DNA from: Takakia lepidozioides
Taxonomy: Eukaryota; Plantae; Bryophyta
Reading direction: 5' to 3'
Assembly: GCA_030704615.1 (NCBI GenBank)
Contig: CM060731.1
Location: forward strand, 37,014,001 to 37,078,000
Length of the DNA: 64,000 nt
The notes under the pieces are model-generated. The model had not been told where the DNA came from, ran no database searches, and saw nothing but the letters and a program-made list of their open reading frames with translations. The position numbers and the translations under genes were made by a program. Each line of letters opens with the position of its first letter. Position 1 is the stretch's first letter. Shown piece after piece: positions 39,781-51,970 of the stretch.

Positions 39781-42349
39781 GACATTGTACCCAACGTCTT
39801 ACTGAAGCAGTCTTTTGAGTACCTAATTCTACAGCTCATCTTTGCAAATTAGGCAGGTAGCACTACAACAGATCTCGGCTTTAACGTCTTTCACATTTGC
39901 CCAGTCGTAGCATATATGTCTGCAAAATGCAAGGGGGCAGTCCTGGTTGCCAATTATGACCACCAGAAGTTATATATGCCACCTTGTACCTCCGCCACGT
40001 TAGGATCTACGGTCAAACACATTTGACCAGATAAGGGAAGCTGATAGATACGATTACGAGTCATGGCCAAAACTGCAACAGGATGATGTGGGCATGGGAA
40101 TGTATGACTGCCAGTATTCACGACTGCACATGACGATTGCCAATTGCCCAAGGAGTGTCTAGGTGGACGATGCAAAGATAAATGGATTAAATAAATGTAG
40201 GATGTGATTGCAAATGACGACGTGTCAACATATCATTGCTCGCGGGCACTAAGCCATGTACCCTGAAACTGAATTGCGTGTCTTTTAGTAGTTATATGAA
40301 TGAATTGCGTGGTGGTTCTCACAGACCAATCCGACTTTACCTACTTGACTACACAAGCAGCACACACAAGAGGTCCTCTTGGGTTCATGGTCAGTCAAAT
40401 CCTCCATGGGTCATGACACAAGGTCGAGGACAATGTGGTGAGGGCACCTTCTTCTTCGACCTAGTTTAGCCTGTTTTGCCCTCTCATCAGATTCGGCCCT
40501 GAATTTGCAGCACGGAGCAGAGCTGGCATGAGTTTTTTAAGGATCCTTCACGATGGTGTGACAACCGCAATCGCAAGGTGTGGTTTTTTCTTAGTGTACG
40601 ATGTGAAGAAGTTTGTCCATCCTGTAAATGTGGGCTGTTGGCTCTTGTTAGTACCATGATTTGGTATTCTATACGAAACCACATCACGTAGACTGGGAGA
40701 ACATCTATCAAGTACCAACACAGTGGACAGCACAACAAGAGTCTGTAAGGGGAAATTATAGTGGGAGTGTATCGAATGTGCCAACATTGAAGAAATTTTT
40801 TGAAGGATGTTGTCGGGCCCTACGATTTCAATAACCCTAATGTACGTGCATGATTTTTCTGAATTCCAAGTATCTGTAATTTGGACATGTGTCATGATGT
40901 TACAACTACTGGCTCAGTTCGATGTCCAGAAGAATAGATAATCAAAACACTAATCTGGAGCATACTCCATAGTGGGATCTGATGGGTGCACATCAGTACG
41001 ATGAGGGTGGCAGGGACGAGGGCGACTTTGGAACTAACCCCCTCGTATCGATGGGCATTGGAACTACCCCAAGTTCTGTTCCTTGTAAGCCGTGTAGGTT
41101 TCAGGACCATTGATGTAAGACGTTTAACAATATATAGCTGTTTGGGAAAGAAAATTACTTGTAGATCTGCTTTTGTAAACGTGATCCACATTGTTACAAG
41201 TCTAAGTTAGGACAAAGTTGTAGCTAAAACTTGTACACTGCATAAGCTGAACGCATCTACAAAGCTTCACACAAATCTGGATCATTCTTGAGTATATGAG
41301 TATCTTGAAAACCCATCTGGAAAGAAAAAGGAACTGGAAAGAAAAATACACACCATGATAGAAGCATGGTGGAGCTATTGTCAACCAACAGGTCTCTGGA
41401 AAGAATCTACTTGGGTGATTGCAAACTAGAGTGGACCAAAAACGGTAGATCATGAGTACATAAAGAGTACATAAAGGAGGATGTGGCGAATCCTCAACCA
41501 TCGGATTTGCTTCAACTGACAATCTTGACCGTCTATTATTGACTGTTAAAACCAAGATTTTCAAATTGCGATAATATCATGTTTTTTTGAAATTTGATCA
41601 TAATCAACTCTGCATTTATGATGAATGAATGCGTCTAATGAAAAAAGTTTTGTTATTTCAAAAGAATTTAGTTATAAAGTCTCAATATAGTACATAATTT
41701 TTTTTTAACTTCATATTTTTGAATGATAGTTTTCATTCCAGATTCCTCATTCTCAAAAGTAAGGTTGAGAGAGTCCATTTTCTTGACTTTGTTCTAACTC
41801 CTATATTAAAAAAGTCAATAACGTCTTTTTTTTATGGTGTGACAATTCCTTAGGGACTTTTTAAAAGTCCATAACATCTAGAGATTCTGCTTTTTGATAA
41901 TGAGATTTAAAAGTGTGAAAGTATATATAGATGAGCCTCTATATATTAGTCTCTTTTTATTGATGGCATTGTCATGTAGGAATATGATAATTTACCATTA
42001 TTCTATGTCTGGAAAAAACAGTGCTATGACAGCAAAAAATGGACACTGTAGGCTGCAATCACCAGTTAAAACATGAATAGAAGTTTGAACTACCAATTTG
42101 TCTGTTTTCCCTCGGCGAGTAATTGAACTTTGCAGACTTAAGATTTTGAGAAAAGCTAGTTGTTTGCATGTCACAAGGCCAAAGACAATGTGGTGAGGGC
42201 ACCTTCCTCTTCAACTCATGTTTTCCTTCTTATAGAGTCGTCCCTAGTTTTCCATGTTGAAGTCTGCAAGTTAGCTGGTACCTTGTTGACATGTACTTAA
42301 GTCAGACTAGGTCGATTGATTAGGATCTGATTTCAGGAAGGCTTTGGTA

Positions 42350-42552
42350 GTACAGAAATTGGGTTTGAAGCTCTGGAGTATGTTATCTGAATATAGGGAA
42401 AGTTGAATCAATAGAATGCAGACTATCTTATGAATATGAGCCTGGCAGCCCTAAAAAGGGGCACAGAGGTCCATGGTTATATTGTCAAAGCTGGAATTGT
42501 AGTAGATGTCATGTTGAACACTGCCCTAGTGGACATGTATGCCAAATGTGAG
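42350..42552 (+). pseudogene. PLS-class PPR fragment inside the CACTA
   Basis: SLAALKRGTEVHGYIVKAGIVVDVMLNTALVDMYAKC. Confidence 0.85.
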
Positions 42553-43569
42553 CCCGACAGTCCTGGAAAATTAAGCAAAATGAACTTTCTTCTTCAACCT
42601 ATTTGAGCCTGTTTTGCACCATCTTTGGCACACCATATTGAGATATGATTTCTTCTTCTGAGAGGTGAGCTGCCCTCTTTGCCACATGATCCTTTACTGG
42701 CTCAGTTTCCACCCAATCAAAGAAGTGATCTATTACAATAAGTGCATATTTGTTTCATGTTTACATAACGGGCATAGGCTCTGTCGTGTATAGTGCTGCT
42801 TGGTGGAACATGTCACATCTTTGCATGCTTTTGAGGTTTCGTCCCCACAGATCTGAATGTTACCAAATCGTTCACAAATGTACATATTACTTTTCCTGTC
42901 CCTTTCAGCTTGATTATGCCAGAATACCCACACATATATTTATGTTTGGATTCTTCTTGCTCCAAAATGCCCCATCTTTGTGTGCACTTATCTGATGATT
43001 GATCCTCTTGCAGTCTTCTTTGGTACCACAAGTCATTTATAGATCAAGCATCCATCCTTCCTCTGGTGATAGCTGGTTCGTTCTTGCACCAACCTTCTCT
43101 CTTCACTTGTCAAATAACCATGGATAGGACCAACTGTCAAATTTTGCAATATAGCCTGTAAATCATTGAGTATGTCACATTGATGCCTCTCTTTACTTGC
43201 TGCCCTAAACAGAAGTGACAGTTGTTCCCTTGCTGCTTCACACTCTTCTGTCACAAAATGCCATATCTGAAGTTGTGTTTATGTGGTCGCCGCTGCTTCC
43301 CAAACATGTTTCATTTTATTTGTTGAATTATATTTGTTTGAATTTTCTTCATTCTCACTTCCAGTGCTGATTGAACTGTCACCATTTCACTTCTTATGGT
43401 GGGGATATGGTTTGTAGAGAGCTGTTGCAGATTATTACCATGATTCTCCAGGCATTCATCACCACTGTCCGCCCCTTTTGACAAGTCTTATTATGGAAAA
43501 ATGACCTCTTTTACATGAGTCTCTTTGCTTTTCCTTTCCGATTGTGCTTGGACCATATTGATGTGTGGC

Positions 43570-43783
43570 AGGCTTGCGTCGAACTTCTCTCGGTGTTGCC
43601 TTGATCCAGCAGCTAGGGTCAAATTGCTGACATCAAATTGATGCTTGTATGAAGGGATTTCTAGGGGAAATCTGGAAAGCCCGAACCAATTGCTTATACC
43701 AAGGTAAGTCCAGTGAGCCTAAGGTAGTGTCTGTTCCCTCTTGTTCCCACAAGGCTACGACAAACAACAACTCATGAGTACAT
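43570..43783 (+). mobile_element. 5'-truncated LINE 3' end (family A)
   Basis: IDACMKGFLGEIWKARTNCL and 3' end CCACAAGGCTACGACAAACAAC...ATGAGTACAT shared with the copies at 52516, 62350 and 63452. Confidence 0.8.
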
Positions 43784-44041
43784 CTTCTTCAGTGCCAAGG
43801 GTGTACATTTTTTCCTGTAGTTCTTGTGTCCCTGGATGGGTAGATGGTCAACTGGAAGCTGCAGAAGCAGCGACACAATTGAAAATCAGACATTGGTAAT
43901 CAAGGTACCTTGTTCAACACATTTCACCCTGTTTTCATGTTGAATTCTACAAGTTAGCTAGTTGAGTGGATTTTTGATAGATTGGAGTGACTTTGACATG
44001 ATACTGCCAACGTGACAATTGGAAATTATCCAGAAACAGGT

Positions 44042-44292
44042 AACACAGACAAGGAGAAGCTGTGGGATGAATACTCTTCTGACCCCAGTAAATGGTGGGA
44101 CAGCCGAGGCAAAAAGGTGAATGCCTGTCAGATTACACAGAGTAGCAGATGCAATTGATCATAAGAACTAGTGTGATTAGTTGAGTTGGGTGCAATTGCA
44201 CTCTCTCTTTCCTCTCTACTTCTGTTTGCTATTCAAAGGTAGGATCCCTGCCCTAAGTTTACATTGAATCAGTCTGGTGAGCAACTGTTGTG
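44042..44292 (+). pseudogene. Intron-split OSB-type PDF motif fragment
   Basis: EKLWDEYSSDPSKWWDSRGKK|GT...AG|DPCPKFTLNQSGEQLL resembles the consensus LW..F...P..WWDNR..K.NP..PDFKHK.TGEALWL. Confidence 0.65.
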
Positions 44293-44589
44293 CAAAGGGT
44301 GAAGCCCAACCACATCGTGTTTGTTTGTGTTTGCAATGCGTGTGCAAGGCTGGGAGCTCTGGAAAAGGGGAAAGAGGTCCATGGTGACATCGTCAAAACT
44401 GGATTTGTACCAGATGTCATTCTGAACCCTGCCCCGGTGGCCATGTATGCCGAATGTGGGTGCATTGAGGATGCCAAGGGAGTGTTCAACACTATGGCTG
44501 AACGAGAAGTGGTGTCGTGGAACGCGATGCTTGCAGGGTGTGCAGAGCAGGAGCGCGGGATGGGGCTTTGGAGACCTGAAAGCAAATGA
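44290..44589 (+). pseudogene. PLS-class PPR fragment inside the CACTA
   Basis: VKPNHIVFVCVCNACARLGALEKGKEVH...MYAECGCIEDAKGVFNTMAEREVVSWNAML. Confidence 0.9.
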
Positions 44590-47500
44590 TGGGGGAAGGG
44601 GTGAAGCTCGACGATGAGCAATAGACAAGAACGAGCAAGTCAAAGTGGCAGTAGGATGGACGGCAGCTTGGGTGGTTGGGACAATGCAGTTGGGCAGTCT
44701 CGCGCCTAAAGAGTCACAATACTTGTAACCAACAGTGAACGTCTACAGAGTGCTAGATCCCGTCATCTATATATATGCCATGGTATTTTGAAATGTGGGA
44801 AGTTGGATGTAGTCTGATGGGAGGACTAAAATTGGTTCGCTTGAAAGTCTAGGCAAGTCACTGGATCAATTCGCGGAAAGCACCAGCATGAACTTGGGCT
44901 TTGGCACGCCTGTTTTCATTTCAGGTTGATCGAAGCTTGCGGGGAATGGAGCCATCAGTCGTGGCATCATTTCCATGCATAAAGTACAACCATTCAGTCT
45001 TTGCTTCGAAGGAAGACGCATAGTAAGCATCACGACCTCCGTTGTTCATTTTTTTCTCATCCCTCCTCCATAGCTGCGTGATATTAGAAATAGCGTTCAT
45101 ATAATCCCTGGTGGTTATATTGGGAGCCAATGCCCTTTACGCGGAACATTTTCTCTGGTCAGCCAGCAGTTGTGTTTGTTGTTATGTTAAGTACTTAAGT
45201 TCTCAAATGTACAGGGTACCTCGGGGCTTCCTTATTGATAAAAGCTTTGTGATACTTGAGAGAGAATCTGTGTAAGTGTCATAAGAATGAGCAGTTTAAG
45301 TGTAGTGAGCTCTCATCCAACAATACTGGCATTTGTTGGTGTTAGCTGCAGTTTAATGAAGAATTTCATGCTACTGTTCCCTACCTGCAATTTTCCATTT
45401 TGCACACATCGACTTTGTGTAATGGTGCTTAGACATACTCTTAGCGATGTTAGTTTCACATACGTCAATGTTGTTGTTGTTATATTGCCTGAAAGCTTGC
45501 TCATGTATCTTCTGCGTTTTCGGGCTGGATGGCAGTTGAAGGTGGGTGACCAAGTCCGGCCAAGCCAGTGTATGCATCTTCTGCTCAGGCATTTGGAAGT
45601 CTACTTAGACTTTGCAGCTTTGTGCATTTTTGTAGTAGCACCGGAGTAGATTATGGAACGGATCTCTAAACATTAAGTCACGTTGTATTTGAATCGATGT
45701 TCCAATTTCAAATGTGCTTTCATGTTTCAATGGTGTTTTCGTATGCTTTCAATGGTGTTTTCGTGTTTCAATGCTACGGTCATGTACACGACTACCTCCC
45801 ATCCACTGAGCCTCCGCCACGTGCCACTTTCACCCCTCGTGTTTGCCCATACTCGTGCCACGTGCAGTATCCAGAGTGCGTCATGGAAGTCATATGTTCC
45901 AATCATAACGACCACCCCACCCCCATCCTGCATATTTTGACTCCACGTGTGGCCTGGGATTAAACGTCCAAAGTCATATATGCCAGTCACGAAAGACCCT
46001 CCCACTCCATATTGTCATGCCACATGTCATGTCTAGTCTAATCCACGTGTTGTCCTGGGGTTAATCCGCGGAAGTCGTATATGTCAGTCGTGAAGAACCT
46101 GTCGCCTTCCCTTTGACGTGACATGTGGCATATCCCTTCCGTTCCACGTGAAGCTGACATGGATTTGCAGTCATTTACTACGGTCTTATCAATGACTATG
46201 ATTAGGCGTCCCTGTTGCCACATCAACAGTGAGCTCCGCAACTGGTAGATACGACTCTATGGCGCTTACGACTCATTTGTCATAACTGACTGGGTTTATC
46301 TGACTGGGCAGTCATGCAGTCATAAAAGGTTGATACGACTACAAAATAGCAGACGTAAAAGCCGGGATCTGTTGTAGTGTAGCTACAATCTGTAGCCACT
46401 TATCAATGCACTCCTAGTGAAATATGTGATTGCAAATTGATAGCTTTCGGTACTTCTACCCGGAGCTGAACGATTCAAAACAGATAAGGCAGATTTCCTC
46501 GATGGGATGCGATGGAGAACACATAGTCAAAGGAAGACCTGAAGCTATGATCTCCAATGTCACGTTGTGTATGTCATTGTCGAATGTTCTCGTTGGCGAA
46601 AAAAATTTAGTACACAGTGATGGAGAAAGAGAAATGATGATATGATTTCTATCATGGTGCAAGCTTGGAAAATCCTATTGTCTGAAAGTATGTTTCTCCA
46701 ACTGCCTGCTGCAATTGTGCAAGAGTTGTTTTACTGGTGCTCTGGATTCTACATGGTTGGTTGATATTACAGGCTTCCCCAGGCTTGCCAGTGTTATGTT
46801 TTTGTTATCCATAGGTGTTGTGCTGACATCCACTTTTCACAAAGCAGAGTGGAAGAGAAAGATGGTTCTTCACTATAAATGTCGCAGATTTGGTCTACGC
46901 TCCCACTTAGCTCTTCCTCTATCTGCGAGGTTTATCTTAGATAATCTCTTGAAGCAAACAGTCGAAGTCATTGAAATGGAAGCTAGCAAACAACAGCTAT
47001 AACAGATCTAATCATTGTGAATGTCGATATTGCCATACGCTTAGCCCCACTTGATGTCCTCCTGGAACTCCTGATGTTCTAACACACCAAGTATGAGAGC
47101 CTGCCTTTGAACATGGACAGATACAATGAAAAATTGGATGGAGGATTGCCTCATGCTATACTGCAATGCCAGTTATCCTAACTTCAAAAAGACAACCAGC
47201 AATGTTATGGCTACAGTTCGGGTGTCGATGTAAGGCAACAAGAGCCAGGACTACCATCATCTATTCTTTAAATTCACTGGCAAAACACTAAGAGCATGAC
47301 ATTTGCATATTGATGAGCATCTGCATTATGGGCCCGATCAAGTGAGATTGCTCTTGTTTTTCAAGTTTCCTTGATGTCTTGTTTTATCTCCATGTGTTGT
47401 GAAGCTCTGACGTATAACTCAAATTAGAATTCAATCCTACTTGATTGCCTTAAATTTTCACTGGCGAGAATCAAAACATTTACTTATTTCGTTGGCAAAT

Positions 47501-48301
47501 CCCATTGTTTGCCTCAGTTTCAACGTTGGTAGAATTATTTCATTCTTCAAGAATTCTCTTTTTTGTCATGTTCAATTGCCTTCGAACGTCCTACTTCTTT
47601 ACTTTTCTTAATTTCCAAAGCCTTCAATATCTTCGCTTCGATTAATGGCTTCTGCCTTTCCGTTTCAGCCTCAAAAAGATAACGTAAAGCTTCAGATTCA
47701 AACTCATAAAGCAACTCAACTGAGTTTGGCTAGGCTTCCTCGACACCAAGCTGCCACAACCTAAAGAAATATGAAGAAAAATCATGAAACCTTAGAACCC
47801 TTGCAAGACCTACCTACCGTGCAACCAGGTGCCAGCTCCTGGATTACCGGCTGAATCGATCTAAACCCTTCATAACCTCGCGATCAATAACCGGAAAGGC
47901 TTGCCATTCCCTGCAGCTAGTTATGTCAAGTAACCTGCTCGAAGCCCTTTGTTACCCTTTAATTATTTTGCTGGCGAATCCCTTTGTTTTCCTCATTATA
48001 TGAAGTGGTTAAATTTGTTTGTTTTTTTGGTGTCATGGATGGTGTTGTGTGTTTTGGGTAGGATACCATACCTACAAATATTTTACATATCGTATTTACA
48101 CTGTATCTAGCCAAGTTGGATTAAGGAAGCAAAGGAATGTGAGAGATACAAATGGATTTCTAGTTTGCATGATCGAAGTCGAGTACTATGAAAGAATATT
48201 TGGCAGCATCTGGGATATCACCACGCTGGTTGTTTGTATACATCAGTTCAGGTACACATGAGAATATCACTTTTATTACGTGTCTGTTTCCCACTACCCT
48301 T

Positions 48302-48430
48302 CCCTGGACCCTACAGCTAGACTTCTGAATTGATTCCCCTAATTTCATATCCCCTAAAGGCTTAGCAATTCTTGAAGATTCTCAAGCTCTATCTGTGTGA
48401 AGGATATCAGTTGTCAAGAAGATGGCAAAC
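48302..48430 (+). repeat. Diverged direct copy of 57304-57431 (sequence downstream of the HAD gene)
   Basis: CCCTGGACCCTACAGC..GACTTCTGAATTGATTC...GAAGGATATCA...AGATGGCAAAC present at both sites. Confidence 0.8.
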
Positions 48431-49914
48431 GTGGTTGCATCTCATGATAATGGTAAAGATACCTTAATGTAAATTAGTTTAAGAATTGATCATACACAGC
48501 CGATCGACTAAAAAAACAAGCAATGATGAGGAGGGAAGCAAATGAGGAGCATGCACTACACGTGAAAACAAAAAGGACATGCCGTCACCCTAGTTTCATT
48601 TACAACTCGCATCCTTCATTATGTCGTGTATGTGATCTTTTGCCCAGCACAGATGTGGAATTGGTCAGCACTTCAGCACTACCACTCTCCTACTGAGAAT
48701 ATAGTATCTAGCTAATTCTTGCGGAGGCTAAACTTACCCACACCGTGGCCACAAACCTAGCATAAATGCCACCCTGAAGCACATAATTAGACCATCAATT
48801 GTTACATTTCCCTTAGAAGCACACAACAAATACTGTAACATATACTCATTAGACATCACTTGTTGCAGCCTTGTGACCCGATGACACCCTGCCCCTAGTG
48901 GATAGGGTGGGCCAAAAGGGAGGTGCAGAGAGTAACATGGGGGCCACTACATTTGCACATCTCAAAGTGTAAGTCTCTAGCCTTCAAGATTTTCTTCAGA
49001 CAACATGAATTTGCTGTGGGTATCCACCCCAGAATGAAAACGCAAGGAGGGCCCAAACTTTTGTCTTTCTGTCGAGCTTCTTGAACACAGTCTGACGGTT
49101 TCAAACTCTCATTGAACAGCATACCACTACAAGGCCACCAATAATTCGATATCCAAACCATCATGCCACAGATTGGACACATGGATTGCATTTTACCAGC
49201 TGGGTTGACTATATGTGCATACATAGGTTTCAAATTCAACCTAGTCCCAGATATGGGGAAGCATAACAAACAAAGTTTGTGTACGGATGGGGTGTTCTTC
49301 AGTATGAAATCATGCGCTTGCTCAATCACCAAGGTCGGCAAGGATGATAAGTATAGGAAACATTTTCTGAACAGATATAGGCACATAAATAGGCAGCCAA
49401 CAATGATTTTTGCTATTACGGAAACCTAATCGCATAATTCTATTTCCGTGGAAACATGAAAAATCCTATTGTTGTGTTTTTGTGCTCACGACTATGTTTT
49501 CTGTGCTCACGCCGTTTGTGCTCACCGGTGCGCTCATGAACATCTACCAACCCCCAAGAACCATCAGTAGATGTTACTTCTTTGTGCCTCATCGCTACTT
49601 GACATTATCCCACGCACCCAAACCCCTGGAGTAATTTTTTTTAAACTGATTTTGGAGTATCGACCGAGGAGATGAACCTTCGTCAATGGTATGAAGCAGG
49701 TGTTGATTGAACCTCCTTATTGAGAGGGCCCACAACTTGGCATAATGGCAAATGGTGCCATTTTTGTGCTTTAAGTTATTTTCATTGTTTTCCTTCGTTT
49801 CCTTTCTCTAGGTTCCTTTGTGGGGCATTCATGCATGCCTCATCTATGTTCTTTAAACACTTTGAAGTAAAAATTGCAATTCATTTGACAGGAAATTTTG
49901 TAAGTTAATCCCCC

Positions 49915-50202
49915 TGTTTGTGACTATACCAACACAGGGCAATTGCAGCATCTAAGATTTCATTTGATCATCCTGCATAGATGGTGTCCTGGGTTGTCTT
50001 CACTGCCCCAGACTCTCCCTACTAAAACTCCATACTCAATATCTGCCGCAAATATGTACTTGCATTCGGACCCCATCTCCCGACTATCTTATACTCATAG
50101 GTGTATCGACTCAAGAAGTAGTCTTTGTCAACCTTACGACACATGAATATGTTCGTTGGAGTATTCCTTGAAAGTGTAGACGACGGTACACTTGCGCGCG
50201 AT
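49915..50202 (-). pseudogene. Truncated second copy of the BAH-only gene (3' half)
   Basis: IARKCTVVYTF...KVDKDYFLSRYTYEYK..GRWGPNASTYLRQILS matches 58405-58675; frameshift and stops; cut by a Copia LTR at 50203. Confidence 0.9.
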
Positions 50203-51860
50203 TGTTTAAATTTGAGAGAGAGAGAGATTTGCAGCACATCACACTTGTATTACAATAATATGTGTAACACTTTCAAAAGATAAGACCTTTTCACTATTCT
50301 AGAGGTATGACTCTTAAGGAATAGTCGTGTCCTTTGATGAAAACCATTTGATGTGCCTTTTGAAGTATACAGTTGCTTATTTTCCAACACCCTCCCTCAA
50401 CGAAATACTTCAAAAAACTAATGAAATATCATAAATATTAGGACTATCTTATTAAGCGTTGATGCTTTTAAGACAGCGACCATGACCAGCTGTTTAGGAC
50501 AGAGCCGCCGATGACCACGATCAGCTGTTCTTTCTAGACCGACGGTGAAGTTTAAAAACTTCTTCCCTCCCTTAGAAAGCTCCTCCACCTGCTCAGCTTC
50601 AGAATAATTGCACTCCTCCATATGTAACATCTGTAGTTAGAATGTTAGCTGCCACCTCTCATTATGTTGTTTCTTTGGAGATTCTCGAGCCCAATGTCTA
50701 GGTTTATGACAATAGTGACAATTGCCTTTTCGCTTTTGTTTGTGACTTGCAAATGAAGCCCCTATGCTTCAACTAGCAGAATCATTGTTATTTATTCTTT
50801 TTCTCATAAGTTCTTCTTGAAGTAAAAAAGTGATTAATGATTTTACTGTTAAGCTGGCATGTCCTCTTAAGGAAGAGACAAAACTTTGATAATTACTTAC
50901 TTCTCATTAGTGCACTGACAACATCTTCATCGGATGTAATTAGACATGCTCCTGCTTGTTTTTCAAGTATAGTTTTAAATTTCATTAAGTGATTAGACAC
51001 GCTCTCATTTTCTTGCATTTTGAGTGTTGGAAGTTGATCTCTTAAGTACAACTTTGTAACTGCGTCTTTTGATTGATAAATTCTAACCAATTCATCCCAA
51101 GCAACCAACGGGGAGAACCGGCAGCTAGTTACATGCTAGCCGACTGATTCTGAGGATTTCCGAGTGAAAATTGAAACCTTCGGAAATTTACCGAGTATGT
51201 TCACATAGGAAATTGACTATTGCAGTTACCATTAAGGGGAAGCAACCGACTCCCCAACCCACTTAGCCGGTTGGTTCTCAGAATGAGGGGCCATTGGCTG
51301 GTTCAACTGAAATTATTTCCCGGACGCTGATCCCAAGCCTCTTTTGAAGTCGAACTATTACTTATATGCATAACTTGTGAGTTTTTAAGACATGCGGTGA
51401 TAACTTTAATGCTTTGATATCCTTTCGATCCCATGCATCTGCAGCATTCCCAGAACCAGTAGTAGAAGTGGTAGTGGTAATAGTAGAAGAAGTGGATGCA
51501 GTAGTAGTTGTAGGACGAACTTCACTCCCATCTACTACTGACCAAACTTGCTCTGTTTTAACCCATAGGCATACTCTATGTTTCCACACCTCTCCATCGA
51601 TTTTTTTTTTTGTTTTTTTAATTTTTTTTAAAGGAAACCTGGGAGCGACTGCCCACATTTCAGGACCTTGAGGAGGGGGAAAAATTAACCCCCTTTCAGA
51701 TAAGCCATTAGGCACACAGGTGGAAACGTCACCACCAGACCAACCGGTCACGAACAATCCACACACCAGGCAGGGCAGCGGGTTTGAACCCCAAACCACC
51801 AGGGCGACACACTGCGCACTTCCCAGCTGATGTGCGAATTTTTCTATTTGTGTAGCCTAA
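50203..51860 (-). mobile_element. Ty1/Copia remnant: gag, PPT and 187-bp 3' LTR (50203-50389); pol deleted
   Basis: IEKF|DGEVWKHRV...WSVVDG, WDRKDIKAL, AWDELVRIYQSK, KMQENESVSNHL, zinc knuckle CHYCHKPRHWARE; PPT TGAGGGAGGG next to an LTR with TGTT...AACA ends; two secondary insertions. Confidence 0.85.
51601..51834 (-). mobile_element. tRNA-derived SINE inserted in the Copia gag
   Basis: A-box-like CAGCTGG, B box GGTTCAAACCC, A-rich tail, TSD-like AAAAATTCG/AAAAAATCG; removing it restores gag IEKFDGE. Confidence 0.85.
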
Positions 51861-51970
51861 GTTAGCTACGTACTTACTACTTACTCTCGTCCGGTCCTGA
51901 TGTCTGGTGTCTACGTGTCTACAAACATCTTCCTTTCAAAGCTCCCCAGTCCTCCGATGGCCTTCCATCT

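Larger units (their letters stand above)
39861..46379. mobile_element. Complete non-autonomous CACTA element carrying gene fragments (Pack-CACTA), 6519 bp
   Basis: TIR CACTACAACAGATC(T/C)CGGCTTT(A/T)ACGTCT with 27/29 match at both ends; 3-bp TSD TAG (39858-39860 and 46380-46382); subterminal ACGACT/ATGAC repeats; no transposase recognised. Confidence 0.93.

Noticed and set aside
44640-45130. Minus-strand coding-like fragment inside the CACTA
   Set aside because: Several stops and no recognisable family; counted only as unidentified cargo
48895-49429. Overlapping 163-aa and 88-aa ORFs
   Set aside because: No recognisable domain or splice structure
51740-51834. tRNA gene
   Set aside because: Has A/B boxes but no cloverleaf, plus an unrelated body and A-tail; it is a SINE
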